NCBI GenBank assembly: GCA_963676565.1
Contig: OY781089.1
Coordinates: 384,001-448,000, forward strand
Direction of reading: 5' to 3'
DNA from: Halarcobacter sp.
GTDB lineage: Bacteria; Campylobacterota; Campylobacteria; Campylobacterales; Arcobacteraceae
Length of the DNA stretch: 64,000 nt
Position 1 is the first letter of the stretch, and each line of letters starts with the position of its first letter. The notes below the pieces were generated by a model that was not told where the DNA came from, searched no databases, and saw only the letters and a list, made by a program, of their open reading frames with translations. The position numbers were made by a program, and so were the translations under genes. Positions 62,244 through 64,000 of the stretch are shown one piece after another.

Positions 62244-63022
62244 AACAAATCTTACTAACAAATGATGATGGATTTGATGCAATTGGTTTAAAAGCATTAA
62301 TTGAAGCTTTAAGTCCAATTGCCAAAATAACAGTTGTTGCACCTGCAAAAAACAAATCTGCATGTGGTCACTCTTTAACACTTGACAAACCTTTAAGATT
62401 AGATAACTTTGATGATGATAAGTATAAAGTTGACGATGGAACTCCTAGTGATTGTATTTTTATCTCTCTAAACAATCTTTTTAAAGATAATTACAAACCT
62501 GATTTAGTAATTAGTGGAATAAATATTGGTGCTAATATGGGTGAAGATATTACTTACAGTGGTACAGCAGCAGGAGCCATGGAAGCAGTACTTCAAGGTG
62601 TTCCGGCAATTGCCATATCACAAGTTTGTAAAGATAGATGTCAAGATATAAAAAATGGTTTTGATTTTGCATTGGCAAAGAAAACTATTGCAGAAATCGC
62701 AAAGAAAATTCTTGATAATGAATTCCCTTTAGAAAAAAGAAAATTTTTAAATATAAATATCCCTCCAATTTCAATTGAAGAGTGTGAAGGAATAAGAATT
62801 ACAAAAGCTGGATTTAGAGAATATGGAAACGATACCCATAGACATTATAACCCTAGAGGTGAAGAGTTTTATTGGATTGGCTTACATCCTTTAATTTGGC
62901 AAGAAAGTCCTGATAAAAACTGTGATTTTGAAGCAATTAAAGCAAATTATGTATCAATTACTCCAATAATGTTAGATTTAACTTCATATAATGATATTGA
63001 AAAACTAAATAATTGGTTATAA
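62240..63022 (+). CDS. surE: 5'/3'-nucleotidase SurE
   Basis: ILLTNDDG, GTPSDC, SGINIGAN, YSGTAAGA. Confidence 0.96.
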   Translation: MKQILLTNDDGFDAIGLKALIEALSPIAKITVVAPAKNKSACGHSLTLDKPLRLDNFDDDKYKVDDGTPSDCIFISLNNLFKDNYKPDLVISGINIGANMGEDITYSGTAAGAMEAVLQGVPAIAISQVCKDRCQDIKNGFDFALAKKTIAEIAKKILDNEFPLEKRKFLNINIPPISIEECEGIRITKAGFREYGNDTHRHYNPRGEEFYWIGLHPLIWQESPDKNCDFEAIKANYVSITPIMLDLTSYNDIEKLNNWL

Positions 63023-63048
63023 TTACAAATCTTAAAAAAGGAATAAAA

Positions 63049-63306
63049 TTGGATTTAAAAGAAGTTGTACTTCCACATATTGAAAAACTTGTTGGTGACT
63101 TAAAAGATAGTCAAGAATTAAAAGAAGTGCTAAAAAGAAGATTTACAAAAAAAGAATATAAAGTTTTTATTGCTCTTGAAGAGGGTGTTGAATCAGAAGA
63201 TATAGCAAAACAACTTGGAGACAAAGTTGACAGAATAGAAGAACTTTATAAATCAGCTTGTAAAAAATTAAATCAAGAAAAAATAAAACAAGAATTAGTT
63301 TACTAA
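63049..63306 (+). CDS. Small stand-alone HTH protein (sigma70 region 4 / LuxR-like)
   Basis: FTKKEYKVF...GVESEDIAKQLG...IEELYKSACKKL; TTG 63049 after AAGGA. Confidence 0.6.
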   Translation: MDLKEVVLPHIEKLVGDLKDSQELKEVLKRRFTKKEYKVFIALEEGVESEDIAKQLGDKVDRIEELYKSACKKLNQEKIKQELVY

Positions 63307-63315
63307 TATTTTAAA

Positions 63316-63343
63316 TTTTTGATAGGAGTATTCCTATCAAAAA
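63316..63343. terminator. Inverted repeat / terminator after the dnaE-surE unit
   Basis: TTTTTGATAGGA-GTAT-TCCTATCAAAAA. Confidence 0.75.
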
Positions 63344-63671
63344 CTGCAATTACTAAAATTTTGTGTGTAAAAAAGACACAAAGTAAAAAAATTAATCATT
63401 TTCTCAAAAAAATTCTTTCTTATTATAAAACAAATAAAAACAAGTTTTAAACACATAAATTCCTGTAAAATTGTATTTTTCTAAACACTTTAATAAGTTA
63501 AAGTAATAATAGTAACATAATATATATTTATATAATAATGTACATAAATAAAGCTTATATTTATACTTATATGCAATTAATATTAATTTACTTAGAATCT
63601 TTAATAATAGATGTACAAGCTTTTTTAACTCCTAAGCTTCACTCATTTTGAATATTAGAAAAAGGAAAAAT

Positions 63672-64000
63672 ATGTCAGATTTTATTAAAGATTCTAATAC
63701 TAATGAAACACAAAAAGTGATTAGTAGAAGAGACTTTTTCAAAAAAACTGGTGCCATGAGTGCAGTTGCAGCAAGTAGTGTTGTTGCTCCATCATTACTT
63801 AAAGCATCAGAAGATGACCCTGCTATTATGCACCACCCTAAATGGGGACAATCTTGGGGAGATCCAGTTACAAAAAATAGATATGGTATCCCTTCAGCCT
63901 ATGAACACAATGTAACAAGAAGAAATACAAAACTTTTAGCTTCAGGTAATTATAGAGCTTCTATTGCTGTTGCACCAATTCATGAATCAGATGGAATTAT
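63672..64000 (+). CDS. soxC: SoxC-like sulfane/sulfite dehydrogenase molybdoprotein, 5' part (runs off window)
   Basis: Manual translation MSDFIKDSNTNETQKVISRRDFFKK...; Tat motif SRRDFFK; YGIPSAYEHNVTRR...APIHESDGI resembles SoxC N-termini; AAGGA RBS. Confidence 0.78.
   Translation, partial: MSDFIKDSNTNETQKVISRRDFFKKTGAMSAVAASSVVAPSLLKASEDDPAIMHHPKWGQSWGDPVTKNRYGIPSAYEHNVTRRNTKLLASGNYRASIAVAPIHESDGI

Noticed and set aside
1..64000. CRISPR array, tRNA/rRNA genes, integrase or prophage
   Set aside because: No regularly spaced repeat-spacer units, cloverleaf or rRNA signatures, or mobile-element proteins seen; intergenic gaps are short and AT-rich

Overview
Low-GC bacterial chromosome segment. 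Gene content and order (nuoA-D-X-Y-G-N complex I, mqnD, queH-lpxB-fabZ-lpxA-clpX-mreB-mreC, soxC) point to Campylobacterota, most likely Arcobacteraceae; this is inferred, not database-checked. The window opens in a two-partner secretion locus: two tandem TpsA exoproteins sharing a ~730 bp apparently identical 3' block, then one TpsB. Mostly housekeeping genes follow (bioB, topA, murB, nuo operon, nfo, lipid A genes, mnmG, ccoG, pyrG, recJ, dnaE, surE), and it ends in the 5' part of a Tat-exported SoxC-like gene. Main observations: (1) a coupled three-gene module of disulfide reductase, amidoligase and gamma-glutamyl hydrolase, possibly an uncharacterised gamma-glutamyl/thiol metabolite system; (2) a divergent Agt-like glycosyltransferase / PlcP-like phospholipase / patatin cassette with 11-bp-periodic Pho-box-like repeats and leaderless-type promoters, suggesting phosphate-starvation lipid remodelling; (3) the NuoF-replacing subunit looks like a compact paralogue of the NuoG C-terminal part; (4) a lipoprotein gene missed by the ORF track that can only start at ATA; (5) a RutR-like operator and a structured mnmG leader. 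I saw no rRNA, tRNA, CRISPR array or transposase. All family calls are by-eye motif recognition.
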